A DNA stretch of 64,000 bases, taken from positions 1 to 64,000 of the forward strand of contig LSRY02000026.1 of assembly GCA_001643675.2 (NCBI GenBank), given 5' to 3'. Below are positions 1 through 12,655 of the stretch, in pieces (position 1 is the stretch's first letter; each line of letters starts with the position of its first letter). The translations under genes and the position numbers were made by a program. Below the pieces are notes generated by a model. The model was not told the DNA's origin, searched no databases, and worked only from the letters and a program-made list of their open reading frames with translations. The stretch is from Monocercomonoides exilis PA203. Lineage: Eukaryota; Protista; Preaxostyla.

Positions 1-3000
1 TAACCCTAATTCCTAACCCTAACCCCAACCCTAACCCTAACCCTAACCCTCTCCTAACCCTAACCCTAACCCTAACCCTAACCTAACCCCTAACCTAACC
101 CTGTAACCCTAACCCTAACCTAACCCCAACCTAACCCACCCCTAACCTAACCCTAACTCCTAACCCTAACCCTAACCCTAACCTAATAATGTTTAACCCT
201 AACCCTAACCCTAACCCTAACCTAACCTAACCCTAACCCTAACCCTAACCTAACCCCTAACCTAACCTAACCCTAACCCTAACCTAACCTAACCTAACCC
301 TAACCCTAACCTAACCCTAACCCTAACCCTAACCTAACCCTAACTAACCTAACCCTAACCCTAACCTAACCCTAACCCTAACCCTAACCTCAACCCTAAC
401 CTAACCTAACCCTAACCTAACCAACCTAACCCTAACCCTAACCCTAACCCTAACCCTAACCCTAACCCTAACCCTAACCCTAACCCTAACCCTAACCCTA
501 ACCCTAACCCCAACCCTAACCCCTAACCCTAACCCTAACCCTAACCCTAACCCTAACCCTAACCCTAACCCTAACCCTAACCCTAACCCTAACCCTAACC
601 CTAACCCTAACCCTAACCTAACTTAATTTCACCCTAACCTAACCCTAACCTAACCCTAACCCTAACCCTGGACAGAACCCTAACCCTAACCCTAACCCTA
701 ACCCTAACCCTAACCTAACCCTAACCCTAACCCTAACCCCTAACCCTAACCCTAACCCTAACCCTAACCCTAACCCTAACCCTAACCCTAACCTAACCCT
801 AACCCTAACCCTAACCCTAACCCTAACCCTAACCCTAACCCTAACCCTAACCCTAACCCTAACCCTAACCCTAACCCTAACCCTAACCCTAACCCTAACC
901 CTAACCCTAACCCTAACCCTAACCCTAACCCTAACCCTAACCCTAACCCTAACCCTAACCCTAACCCTAACCCTAACCCTAACCCTAACCCTAACCCTAA
1001 CCCTAACCCTAACCCTAACCCTAACCTAACCCTAACCCTAACCCTAACCCTAACCCTAACCCTAACCCTAACCCTAACCCTAACCCTAACCCTAACCCTA
1101 ACCCTAACCTAACCCTAACCCTAACCCTAACCCTAACCCTAACCCTAACCCTAACCCTAACCCTAACCCTAACCCTAACCCTAACCCTAACCCTAACCTA
1201 ACCCTAACCCTAGCCTAACCCTAACCCTAACCCTAACCCTAACCCTAACCCTAACCCTAACCCTAACCCTAACCCTAACCCTAACCTAACCCTAACCTAA
1301 CCCTAACCCTAACCCTAACCCTAACCCTAACCCTAACCCTAACCCTAACCCTAACCCTAACCCTAACCCTAACCCTAACCCTAACCCTAACCCTAACCCT
1401 AACCCTAACCCTAACCCTAACCCTAACCCTAACCCTAACCTAACCCTAACCCTAACCCTAACCCTAACCCTAACCCTAACCCTAACCCTAACCCTAACCC
1501 TAACCCTAACCCTAACCCTAACCCTAACCCTAACCCTAACCCTAACCCTAACCTAACCCTAACCCTAACCCTAACCCTAACCCTAACCCTAACCCTAACC
1601 CTAACCTAACCCTAACCCTAACCCTAACCCTAACCCTAACCTAACCCTAACCCTAACCCTAACCCTAACCCTAACCCTAACCCTAACCCTAACCCTAACC
1701 CTAACCCTAACCCTAACCCTAACCCTAACCCTAACCCTAACCCTAACCCTAACCCTAACCCTAACCCTAACCCTAACCCTAACCCTAACCCTAACCCTAA
1801 CCCTAACCCTAACCCTAACCCTAACCCTAACCCTAACCTAACCCTAACCCTAACCCTAACCCTAACCCTAACCCTAACCCTAACCCTAACCCTAACCCTA
1901 ACCCTAACCCTAACCCTAACCCTAACCCTAACCCTAACCCTAACCCTAACCCTAACCCTAACCCTAACCCTAACCCTAACCTAACCCTAACCCTAACCCT
2001 AACCCTAACCCTAACCCTAACCCTAACCCTAACCCTAACCCTAACCCTAACCCTAACCCTAACCCTAACCCTAACCCTAACCCTAACCCTAACCCTAACC
2101 CTAACCCTAACCCTAACCCTAACCCTAACCCTAACCCTAACCCTAACCCTAACCCTAACCCTAACCCTAACCCTAACCTAACCCTAACCCTAACCCTAAC
2201 CCTAACCCTAACCCTAACCCTAACCCTAACCTAACCCTAACCCTAACCCTAACCCTAACCCTAACCTAACCCTAACCCTAACCTAACCCTAACCCTAACC
2301 CTAACCCTAACCCTAACCCTAACCCTAACCCTAACCCTAACCCTAACCCTAACCCTAACCCTAACCCTAACCCTAACCCTAACCCTAACCCTAACCCTAA
2401 CCTAACCCTAACCCTAACCCTAACCCTAACCCTAACCCTAACCCTAACCCTAACCCTAACCCTAACCCTAACCCTAACCCTAACCCTAACCCTAACCCTA
2501 ACCCTAACCTAACCCTAACCCTAACCCTAACCCTAACCCTAACCCTAACCCTAACCCTAACCCTAACCCTAACCCTAACCCTAACCCTAACCCTAACCCT
2601 AACCCTAACCCCTAACCTAACCCTAACCCTAACCCTAACCCTAACCCTAACCCTAACCCTAACCCTAACCCTAACCCTAACCCTAACCCTAACCCTAACC
2701 CTAACCCTAACCTAACCCTAACCCTAACCCTAACCCTAACCCTAACCCTAACCCTAACCCTAACCCTAACCCTAACCCTAACCCTAACCCTAACCTAACC
2801 CTAACCCTAACCCTAACCCTAACCCTAACCCTAACCTAACCTAACCTAACCCTAACCCTAACCCTAACCCTAACCCTAACCTAACCTAACCCTAACCCTA
2901 ACCCTAACCCTAACCCTAACCCTAACCCTAACCCTAACCCTAACCCTAACCCTAACCCTAACCCTAACCCTAACCCTAACCTAACCCTAACCCTAACCTA

Positions 3001-3682
3001 ACCCTAACCCTAACCCTAACCCTAACCCTAACCTAACCCTAACCCTAACCCTAACCCTAACCCTAACCCTAACCCTAACCCTAACCTAACCCTAACCTAA
3101 CCCTAACCTAACCCTAACCCTAACCCTAACCCTAACCCTAACCCTAACCCTAACCCTAACCCTAACCCTAACCCTAACCCTAACCCTAACCCTAACCCTA
3201 ACCCTAACCCTAACCCTAACCCTAACCCCTAACCCTAACCCTAACCCTAACCCTAACCCTAACCCTAACCCTAACCCTAACCCTAACCTAACCCTAACCC
3301 TAACCTAACCCTAACCCTAACCCTAACCCTAACCCTAACCCTAACCCTAACCCTAACCCTAACCCTAACCCTAACCCTAACCCTAACCCTAACCCTAACC
3401 CTAACCCTAACCCTAACCCTAACCCTAACCCTAACCCTAACCCTAACCCTAACCCTAACCCTAACCCTAACCCTAACCCTAACCCTAACCTAACCCTAAC
3501 CCTAACCTAACCCTAACCTAACCCTAACCCTAACCCTAACCTAACCCTAACCCTAACCCTAACCCTAACCCTAACCCTAACCTAACCCTAACCTAACCCT
3601 AACCCTAACCCTAACCCTAACCCTAACCCTAACCCTAACCTAACCCTAACCTAACCCTAACCCTAACCTAACCCTAACCTAA
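1..3682 (-). repeat. Terminal telomere array, (CCCTAA)n on + / (TTAGGG)n on -, with interspersed CCTAA variants
   Basis: Continuous CCCTAA repeats from base 1 with the C-rich strand 5', as expected at a left chromosome end. Confidence 0.98.
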
Positions 3683-4937
3683 TCTCATAAATGAGTTCAA
3701 CTTGGATCTTCATGAGCGCAATTCTTGGGTTTTATCTGATGAAATGAAAAAACGAAAGTTGTGGAATTTAACACGGGATGCGATGTCACAACGTCTTCGT
3801 CGTCGTGCTCAAGCTGCTGGGTACCCACACGATCTCTTCTCCTTTCATTCATTCAGAAGTGGGTTTATGTGTTCTGCGATCTTGGCTTCTGGTGTTGATG
3901 CTCATGCAAGGGATTCTGCCTATATGTACACAGCTGCCATTGCTGGCTGGGTTCCAAATTCGAAGGTTCAGAACAGATATGCAAAGCCTGCAATCACTGC
4001 CTCCATCGTTTCTTCTCGAGTTATCAAAACGAAAATTGAGAATGAAGTCATCGACATGTCTCTTGTCAACCCTGAGACATTTCACAACATCAACTTCAAC
4101 CATGAAATTGAACATAACATCTGTGAGAGAACAGCAATTCAGATGGTTCGCAGAACATTCAAAGATAGAATCAATGTAGAGAAAGTGACTTCAACTTCAG
4201 AGGAAAAAACCAAAGAGAAGAGAAGGCAATACAAGCAAAGAGCTTGGAAGAATGCTTTAACTCGATACGTTGTGAGTGAAGAGGAGTTGGAAAAGGAAGC
4301 AAGTGAAATTTACACTAAACATAAAAACTATAACAATCCACAGACTCGCTTTTCGACAGTGAATAATGTTCGTGCTGATGTTGGAATTCGCCATGTCAAT
4401 GAGAGAGTCTATGAAAAATGTGAAAATATTGATGATATTGTTGATGAATTACTTAGGTTTGTTGAAGATGAGGTGGATGGAACAAAAGAGATTAGAAAGT
4501 ATCATAGAAAGAAGCCCTGCCCTTATGAGCACTCTTTGCACAGGGATGTTGATGATAAGGGTCACAGAAAAAGAATACCTTGGACTGATGAAGAAGATAC
4601 AAAATTGTTAGAGATGAACTTTGAAAAGAAAAGGTTCGTTGAGATGGCTGCAGAGTTGCCTGGGAGGTTGCCTCGTGATTGTCGAGACAGACTCAGAAAT
4701 TTGGGGGTTATTGAAGGATGGAAAGATGATAGCATGACTAAGAAAAAGATGAAGAGAAGAAAGACGATTTTGAAAGATGATATTGAAGATGATGAAGATG
4801 ATGATTCTGAAGATTCTGAAGATTCTGATGATGAAGAAACTGAAGAAATTGAGGAAAAAATCAGTTTGAAAAAAGAAATGAAAAAAAGAAATACAAAAGA
4901 AAGAAAAATTGAAATTAATTATGATGATGAAAAATAA
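3683..4937 (+). pseudogene. 5'-truncated tyrosine recombinase with C-terminal Myb/SANT-like domain and acidic/basic tail (YR-Myb copy 1)
   Basis: The frame is open from the telomere junction (NLINEFNLDLHERNSW...) and the listed start is an internal TTG. Retains H-x-x-R (FHSFRSG), W (AGW) and Tyr (NRYA) but lacks the catalytic Arg/Lys region. Myb-like RIPWTDEED...LPGRLPRDCRDRLRNL at ~4573-4706. Colinear with the ORF at 9034-12537. Confidence 0.88.
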
Positions 4938-5994
4938 ACTTTTTTATTACCTTTTGATTTGAATTTTTATTGGTTTTTGATTTTTTCTATATAGTCATTG
5001 TTTTCCGAAATATTGTATTTTTATTTGGCTTCGCCAAGTTATACCCAGTTAATTACCTTTTTATTTCTTTTTTGTTTTTTATCTTTTTTATTTAGAAAGA
5101 AATATCAAAGGTCAGATGAAATTGATGTTAATCTTTCATCAAACGACCAATATTTTTGATATTTTTCACTCTTGATATTATTCGATTTTATTGAGGTTTA
5201 TTGAATGTTTTTCAATAACGCATTGATATTTTTCATAAATTTTCAGATGAAAATAAATAATCCAAATTAATTAAATTCTTTTTTTCGAACAAATTGCATG
5301 TTTTCTTGGGTTGCTTTTTCTTCAAAAAAAACTTTTCAAATAAATAATTAACTTGAAAAAAAAATCTCCGTTCACATTCATATTCAGAAATTTTCAAAGG
5401 TTCGGATGACAAAATTCACTCAATTATGAAAATTTTTGTCACAATGATATTCAAAATAGTTATATTCTTAGGTTTCACTAATTCTATTTTTCCAATGAGT
5501 ATAATAACTATTAACAAAACTTCGAAAAGATAGAAGGAATATTTGGAGGTTATTTAGAAATATGTCTCAAATATTTTGATTTCAATATTTCTATTGATTT
5601 CAGCCAACATAACAAATGTTCAATAAACTGATAGAATTTTAATGGTTCTCGATGAAATAAAACTCACAAACATATTAAAAACTGATATGCCTACGATATA
5701 ATTGGGCTTCATTTTCTTCCAAAGTCAAAATATTACCAGTATAAACATCATCAATCATCTTTTCTTGGGTTGCAAAACATTTTTCGTTTCAAACAACATC
5801 AGTCATTTTCACTAAAAAATCACAAAGTTTGACTGAATGATATTCAAAGGTTCTGTTGATTCAATTATCACTCTTACAAACAATCATTCATTTCGTCATG
5901 ACAAATGAATAATAACATTGAAATTGTTTGGTTGCAACAACATTGATGACCCACAAAATACACGTATTTTCACTCATTTAATGATTTGAAATAA

Positions 5995-6728
5995 AGGCAA
6001 AATTCCATGGTTAGTTTGATCCTGATGCTATATGAACTTCTTTATATCACTTTAATGGTTGCAAACAATCAATAAGCAACCTTGACTTTCTAAAATAATA
6101 TAACACTTTTGGTATCAAAACACAGAAAAATACACTTTTCCTAGGACCTCCTACAAAAGTTGAACTTTTGTGGTTAGCTACTAGAAAATCCAAATTTTTG
6201 ATACTAAAAGTATGCATAATTGTCAGTTGACAAAATACATCAACCTTCATATCTCCCATAATGCACAGTTGGTCCCCTAACCCTAACCTAACCTGAACCT
6301 AGTTTCTTCATTGATAAAAATCGATGGTTATTTTGATATATAATGCTATGTAACTTGCCATACACTTATTATAGATGAGAAACATGACTAATAATCAAAA
6401 TACTAATTCATAATTTCACTAATGTTTAGTATCAAATCACTCAAAAATACACTTTTCTTAGGACTTCTTACAAAAAGTGAAAATCGTAGGTTCTTGTCAA
6501 AATTTGATGTCAAAATGATACTAAAATTATGTACAACTTGATTTCACACATCATGCACAACCCATCCCTAATCTTCCATGCACAGATGATCCCCTAACCC
6601 TAACCTAACCTAACCCTAACCCTAACCCTAACCCTAACCCTAACCCTAACCCTAACCCTAACCCTAACCCTAACCCTAACCCTAACCCTAACCCTAACCC
6701 TAACCCTAACCTAACCCTAACCTAGTTT
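5995..6728 (+). repeat. Two diverged tandem copies of a ~320-bp module, each ending in a telomeric tract (6274-6300 short, 6591-6723 long)
   Basis: Shared blocks: atggtta.tttgat...atgcta; aaaaatacacttttc.taggac.tc.tacaaaa; tgatactaaaa.tatg; gcacag.tg.tcccctaaccctaacctaacct...aacctagttt. Confidence 0.85.
6591..6723 (-). repeat. Interstitial telomeric array in the same orientation as the terminal telomere
   Basis: About 130 bp of CCCTAA/CCTAA repeats. Confidence 0.97.
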
Positions 6729-9033
6729 GAAAATTCTGAGTCAAATTTATAAAAATTCATTTTATCTCATTTTCTATGATAACCTGAGTGAAGAAAAGTC
6801 AATATAAGTGAATATTTTGTAATTATTCGAATTTTCTCTGTGTTTTGGAATATCACCGATAATTCACAACTAAGATGTGGGTTAAAGGATTTGGCTCAAT
6901 TCCACTTCCCCATCGAGATACTGATTTTTTTATCTTTTTATAATATTCAAACAGATTGTCGAATATTCTATTATTTGATGAAAATTTCAAAAATTTTTAA
7001 CACTCAAAATTTCTATTCCACGTTGATTCAAAAATGAGATGATCGAAATGTGAAAAAGTCCTTGTATCCAATATATAGAGATGACTGAAGTCCATGATGT
7101 TTGACCGATTTTTATTATTAAATGATGTGTTCACATTTTTTCAGAAAATAAAAAATGTGTTGATTATCTATTGGATATTGTCTGCTCATTATAGAACAGA
7201 TATGGAACAAAATTCTTGCATTTGTGAATGTGCAATGACTTGTTTCATACTTCTCACATTATCATATCATTGTTTGTCTTCCATTTCTGTTTAAAAAAAT
7301 CATTCAAATATAAAAAAGTTGAGAAAAATCTTGCGAAGCACTGATTGGAACAAAATTCATAAAGCAAATAATTTTATCCCAAATTTGAGTTGAAACAAAA
7401 GTGGGAATAGGTTGTGCTTTTCATGTTGATAGAAAATTTCAAAACATGGTGCAATTCATCATCAGAGTTGAATTACATAAAAAATCCTTCAAGAATGTGA
7501 CAAAAACACATGATTATGATGATTTATCAATATTGTCAAAAACCCATAATTTTGAAAAGTTTCAGGTTTGGATAAACCTGCCGAATTTTTCCATTAACCC
7601 TAACCCAATTCAATTCCAAATTTTTTCTTTGATTTATAAATTATTTTGTGATTGAACAACAAATTAATGAATTAGCAGAAATTTCTTTGTTTTCAATTAT
7701 TTGCATTTTTCAAATTAAGTTGAATGAAGTGTCGAAAATTCAAATTGATTTGCAAATTTTTGAAATGTGAGGAATATATCCCTGAATGCTCATCAAATAT
7801 AACCTTCAAATTTATCTTCCAATGAAGAAAATATGCTTCAGTAATGATTATAAAAATAAGAAGTCCTGAACAATTTGTTCACCTTTTCAATCTCATTTTG
7901 AGAAAAAAAACATGTGAAAATTATAGTATGTGATGTAATTAACTGCTTCTCTTGTGACAAAGATGGAAATTTTTTTAACTTAAAAAAGCAATGAACTTTT
8001 GTTTCAACCGCAAATTTCGTTCCGTACATAATAGAAAACAATAGATAATAATCATAAAATAACCATTCTTGGTGGTGATTTTTGTATTCTCACATAACCA
8101 GCGACTTATATCAGAAAAAAGAATTTAGATGATCAAGATGTTATAAAATTAATTAATTAAAAATGTTAAAAGAGAGTTTTTCAACGAATTCAATCAATAC
8201 ATTTACATTTGTTATGGATTTTAATTTTAGAAATATTTTTCTTTACGTTCATGATGTTTGTAAATTTGTTTTAACTATAGAACACTGATGATTTTTCTCA
8301 ATTCATTTTCCGATTTCTGAATTATTCAAAAAGAAAACATGAATGAAACATGCATTCCTAAAGTCATGGAACAACATTTTATTCATTGTAATGTTCAAAA
8401 TTTTGAAATTCAACTCACTAATTGCTTGTTTTTTGAGTTTATCATTATTCCACTATAGAGATAACAGATTTCATCATTAAAATTTGGCATCTTTTGAACA
8501 AAAAGTACAGCAATTCATAAACAACATACCAACTCGAATTGAGAAACAGACATGTGTTTACAGAAAATTCGTTTCTCTAACTTTTTGTATTATTTTCAAG
8601 TTATTCATTTCAAAGTTTCATTTTCGTTAGAGATTTTCCATTTCACAAATATAAAACACTCCATTTCGTTTCATTTCACTTTTGGAATGTGAAAAAGTTA
8701 GAAATATACTTCATAATTCTTAATGTTTGAATTGAAAACCAATTCAACCTGTTTCAAGTGAACAAAACAAAAAACCTGAATGGAACGTCAATAAACGATT
8801 AAATTAAAAGATAATGAATATAACAAAACCAACTATTCATTGAAAATGTCAAAAATGAGTGATAAAATGACAGTTGTTTATAGTCGAATGCAAAAGCAAA
8901 ATTAATTGACAGACTTTTTCGACTCTTGCGTAAATGACAGATGTTATTCTTGAAAAAATAACATTTGATAACCTTCAACAGGAATGTTCAATGTATCAGA
9001 CATAAAGAATTCAAACGAAAATAACTGAAACAT

Positions 9034-12000
9034 TTAGTATTCATCACCGTTTGGTTTAACGTGATCTCCATCACTTTCATCTGAAAATGCTTCGTAAAAA
9101 TTATCTCCTTCTTCTTCAGCATCATCTTCAGCACTTTGAATTTGATTCGCTCCACTTTCTCGTAACAGATTGAGCCTTTTCTGCTTCTTAATTATGTTTC
9201 TTATTCTGTCGCGACATGCATTTGCAGATCTATGTAAAAGAACTTTGCTGATCTTTTCGAAATCGCAATCATTCAGTACCATCGATTCAAGAGTCTCTGT
9301 TTCTTTAGCAGACCATCTCATTCGAGATGGATTATTTGTGATGTAATTCCATTCTCTTCTTTCTCTGATCTTCTTTCTGATTTCTTTGCCAGTCACTTCC
9401 AACTTGACAGTACCATCGAGATATTCCTTTATCGTTGACAAACATTCAGTACCGATTGAAACTATATCACCTCCTTTCCGCTTCAGTTGTTCCAACACCA
9501 ACTCCTTCGATTTCTGTACCCACTTTTCTGACATCCTTGCTTCTTTGTTGAACAGTTTCAGATACCTCACAGCAGCCATTCGACACAATTTGATGCAGTG
9601 AACGTATGGATAGTGAAACTTTCTGCATGCACATTTGACAACCTCCCGAACAAAAAAGTTGAATGCGTCTATTATTGAGTCCCTTTTCCACTCACTTTCA
9701 TTTATAACAATATTATGAAACACTGAAGGGTCTGACAGATCTGCGCTGAATACAACATCCTCCTCAAGAACTTCTCTTGGGAAGTTCAATCTGTTTGCCA
9801 CGATAGTTCCTCGAGTCGTTCTGTCAACATATTGCATTTCCACAGGTGAACCAAGTTTCCAGTTGGCAATATACGCTGCAGTCTCCAGAACATTTTCTTT
9901 CAACTCTGGGTTGTTTTCGATTTTCAACAGTGCTGAACAGATGAACCCGGAACGAAAAGAATGAAATCCAAACATTTGCTCAGGGTAGCCCGCTTGTTTC
10001 GCTCGCTTTTGCAAACGAGCCCTCATTGCACCTTTCCTCATTCCCCAAAGGAAATGAGATCCCAGTTCACCCAAATTCCAAGTGTCAAATGTTGTTAAAG
10101 ATAATCCATATTGGATTACCAAATACTCCTCCAACCACCATATCACATTCAGATTGTTCTTTTCTTTGATATCACCTTCGACCGTGACACAGTGATCATC
10201 GTTCCTAATGCCCTTACCACATGCCAAATTGATTGTGACCTTGACAAATGACGAACCTCCTTTTGAAAACACTCTCACTATATCTCTCAGACGAATTCTG
10301 GAGCATGTCAAACTTCTTGCTCCCGTTGCGAGAGCAAAAAGAAACAGAGAAGCCTCTCTCGGCTTTTCCACATTCCAATCTGGAATGCAAGAAAGGATTC
10401 TATCCAAGTCCCGAACAATAAGAGGTTCTTTATGTTTTGTGACACATTGAAACTCCTCCAATTCGTCATTATCAAACATTTGATCTCTTTGAAACCGAAT
10501 CTCTGCAATTGCCAATAATGCCATCTTTCTGACTTCTTGTGTGACAATTTCTTTAGTTCTATACCATGAAATATAATACAATGATGGAAGAATTGAATCT
10601 CTCAAACTTTTAATTGAATATCCAACTGCAGCTCCTAACAGTTTGATAAATCCATACACTGCATCCATGTTGAGTGGCCAAGGCTCATGTTTGAATTTTC
10701 TGCAGAAGGAAACAAACATTGCATATACCCAAGCATGTGTTTTTTTCTTATCCTTACTAATTGGTAGGCCTGTTTGCAGATAAGGTTCAAATGTTTCTTT
10801 GCTAAATGTTCGCAGCGCAACTGAAAATTTTGAAGGAGTTTGGTATCCACTTCTTGGGGAAGTGTCTACAGGATCTTCACATGCTGGTGTGTGCAAATTC
10901 AAAGGCCTCAATACATCTCCTGAAACACCATAAATATCCATATTTGTTAATGGTTCCTTCGTTTTGTCATCGAATAAAATTGACTCTTTAGATGTTCTGT
11001 TCTCGGCTTTAATTGCTTCAAAATTCTGATGAATGAGTTGCTTGTTTTCCTCTGTCATTAACACTGACTTCCTCTTCATTTTCGGACGACCAACTTTTGA
11101 ATGTTGAACAGTATTATTCCTATCACTCAATTTCTTTTTCTCTTTCTTTTCATTGCACCTTTTTGATTTTGCTTTGAGTGCTCTTGATGATGATCCATCA
11201 TTTGATCCAAGCGAATTCGTCAAACCAGCACATTGAACATTTTCATCCTCAGAATGTTGAAAAGAAGAATCATCATCATTTCTCTCACCATCATTCATCT
11301 TCACAATCTTTCTCCTTTCTGCCAACGAAATGCTTTCAATTTTTTCCAAACAAGCTTTTTTGCAAATCCTTTTTGGTTGAATGCGAAGAGGTGCAGTGGA
11401 AGAAAAGTTTGTTGAACTTTCAAATATATTCTCCTCCTCATTTTCTGTCGAGCTTTTTGAGCCTGTTCTGGCTTTTCTTTTCTTTCTTTTTTTATGCTTT
11501 TTGCGTGACAGATTTTGATGATTAGAAAATGAACTGAACAAAATTTTTTCTTGATGGGACATGCATTCTACTTCGTTTGCAATAAAATCAACACCTTCAA
11601 TCTGCTTTTCCATTTGATGTTTATCATTAATATTAGCTAAAGAGCAATTTATTTCATTGTGAGCTGATGTTGTGTTGCATTTTTCGTTTGCATCATCTTT
11701 TTTTCTTGGTCTTCCTCTTTTCCTTTTCGTTGATGAAATGTTAGTTGTTCCAACCACTGTATCATTCAAAGCTCCTCCAGATAATTCCTCCTCCATTTCA
11801 ATTTCGTGTGATGTTTCTGTTTTCTTTGTATTTCCAAACTCCTTCATTCTTTCGCAAAAATCAGTTGAACTCACACTGGCTGATGTGAGTTGAATTGTTA
11901 AACCATCATGAATAAAGTGCTCCTCCTCAAAAGATCTTTCCTCATTTGCTCCTTCCGTGCATTTTTGGTGTTCGTTGTTTGATTTTGAAGATTTGTCAGT

Positions 12001-12655
12001 ATCATTTTGCTCCTCCACGTTAGAACAAGCATTTTCCTCCTCCAATTCTTCCTGTTTTTGCAAATTCTCCAAACAAAGTTGATCCAAATCCTCACTTTTT
12101 GAGATATACAGAGGGCGGGGATAGATGGAAACGTGATAAAACTCACGAATTGAATCGAGTGAAGGTTGAGGAGGGAGTGATTTGAAGATTGACGAATAAT
12201 AGTCAATTTTTGGACAATTTGGTTCTTTCGTTAAACGAAATAACCACTCTGTCAAAGACGGAACATCATCTCCATTTTTCTCATTTTTTCTATTTTTCGA
12301 AGAAGATGGAGAAGGAGAAGGAGTGTTTGATCGAGAAGGACACATTGAAGTTAATAATCTTGGAGTTGAAGTCACATTGTCATAAATGTTGGATTGGGAA
12401 GTTTCGGAAAAGCGGAGAGGAGAAAGCGGAGGCATAATTTGAGTAGGAGAAGAAGGCGGAGTGACGAGATACGAAGAAGGAGGAGAGAAAAAGCCGGGCT
12501 GCGAAGGGGAAAGGACTGCATGCTTGCTTATTTTCAACGATTCTTCTTTCTTTTTCCGTTCGAAGCTTTTATTGAATTTATCTTTTAAAATAAATGAATA
12601 TAAGATCTGTGAAATTAATGTAATGAATGGAAAAAAACAAACCTTTGGAATTCAT
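9034..12655 (-). CDS. Apparently intact tyrosine recombinase (Crypton/DIRS-like YR) with N-terminal low-complexity region and AT-hook, and C-terminal Myb/SANT-like domain (YR-Myb copy 2). Predicted exons 12655-12643 and 12581-9034.
   Basis: Full catalytic set R (ATGARS), K (CGKG), H-x-x-R (FHSFRSG), W (ANWK), Y (MQYV), preceded by a helical core-binding-like segment. AT-hook KRKRGRPRK. Myb-like RMRWSAKETE...HRSANACRDRIRNI. A 61-nt GTTTGT..AAAG intron (12642-12582) joins ATG 12655 in frame to the 1167-codon ORF. Confidence 0.88.

Noticed and set aside
3702-12537. YR genes as protelomerase/telomere resolvase or as a DIRS retrotransposon
   Set aside because: The chromosome end is a normal telomerase-type repeat array, and no RT/RNase H/gag ORF or split repeats are visible
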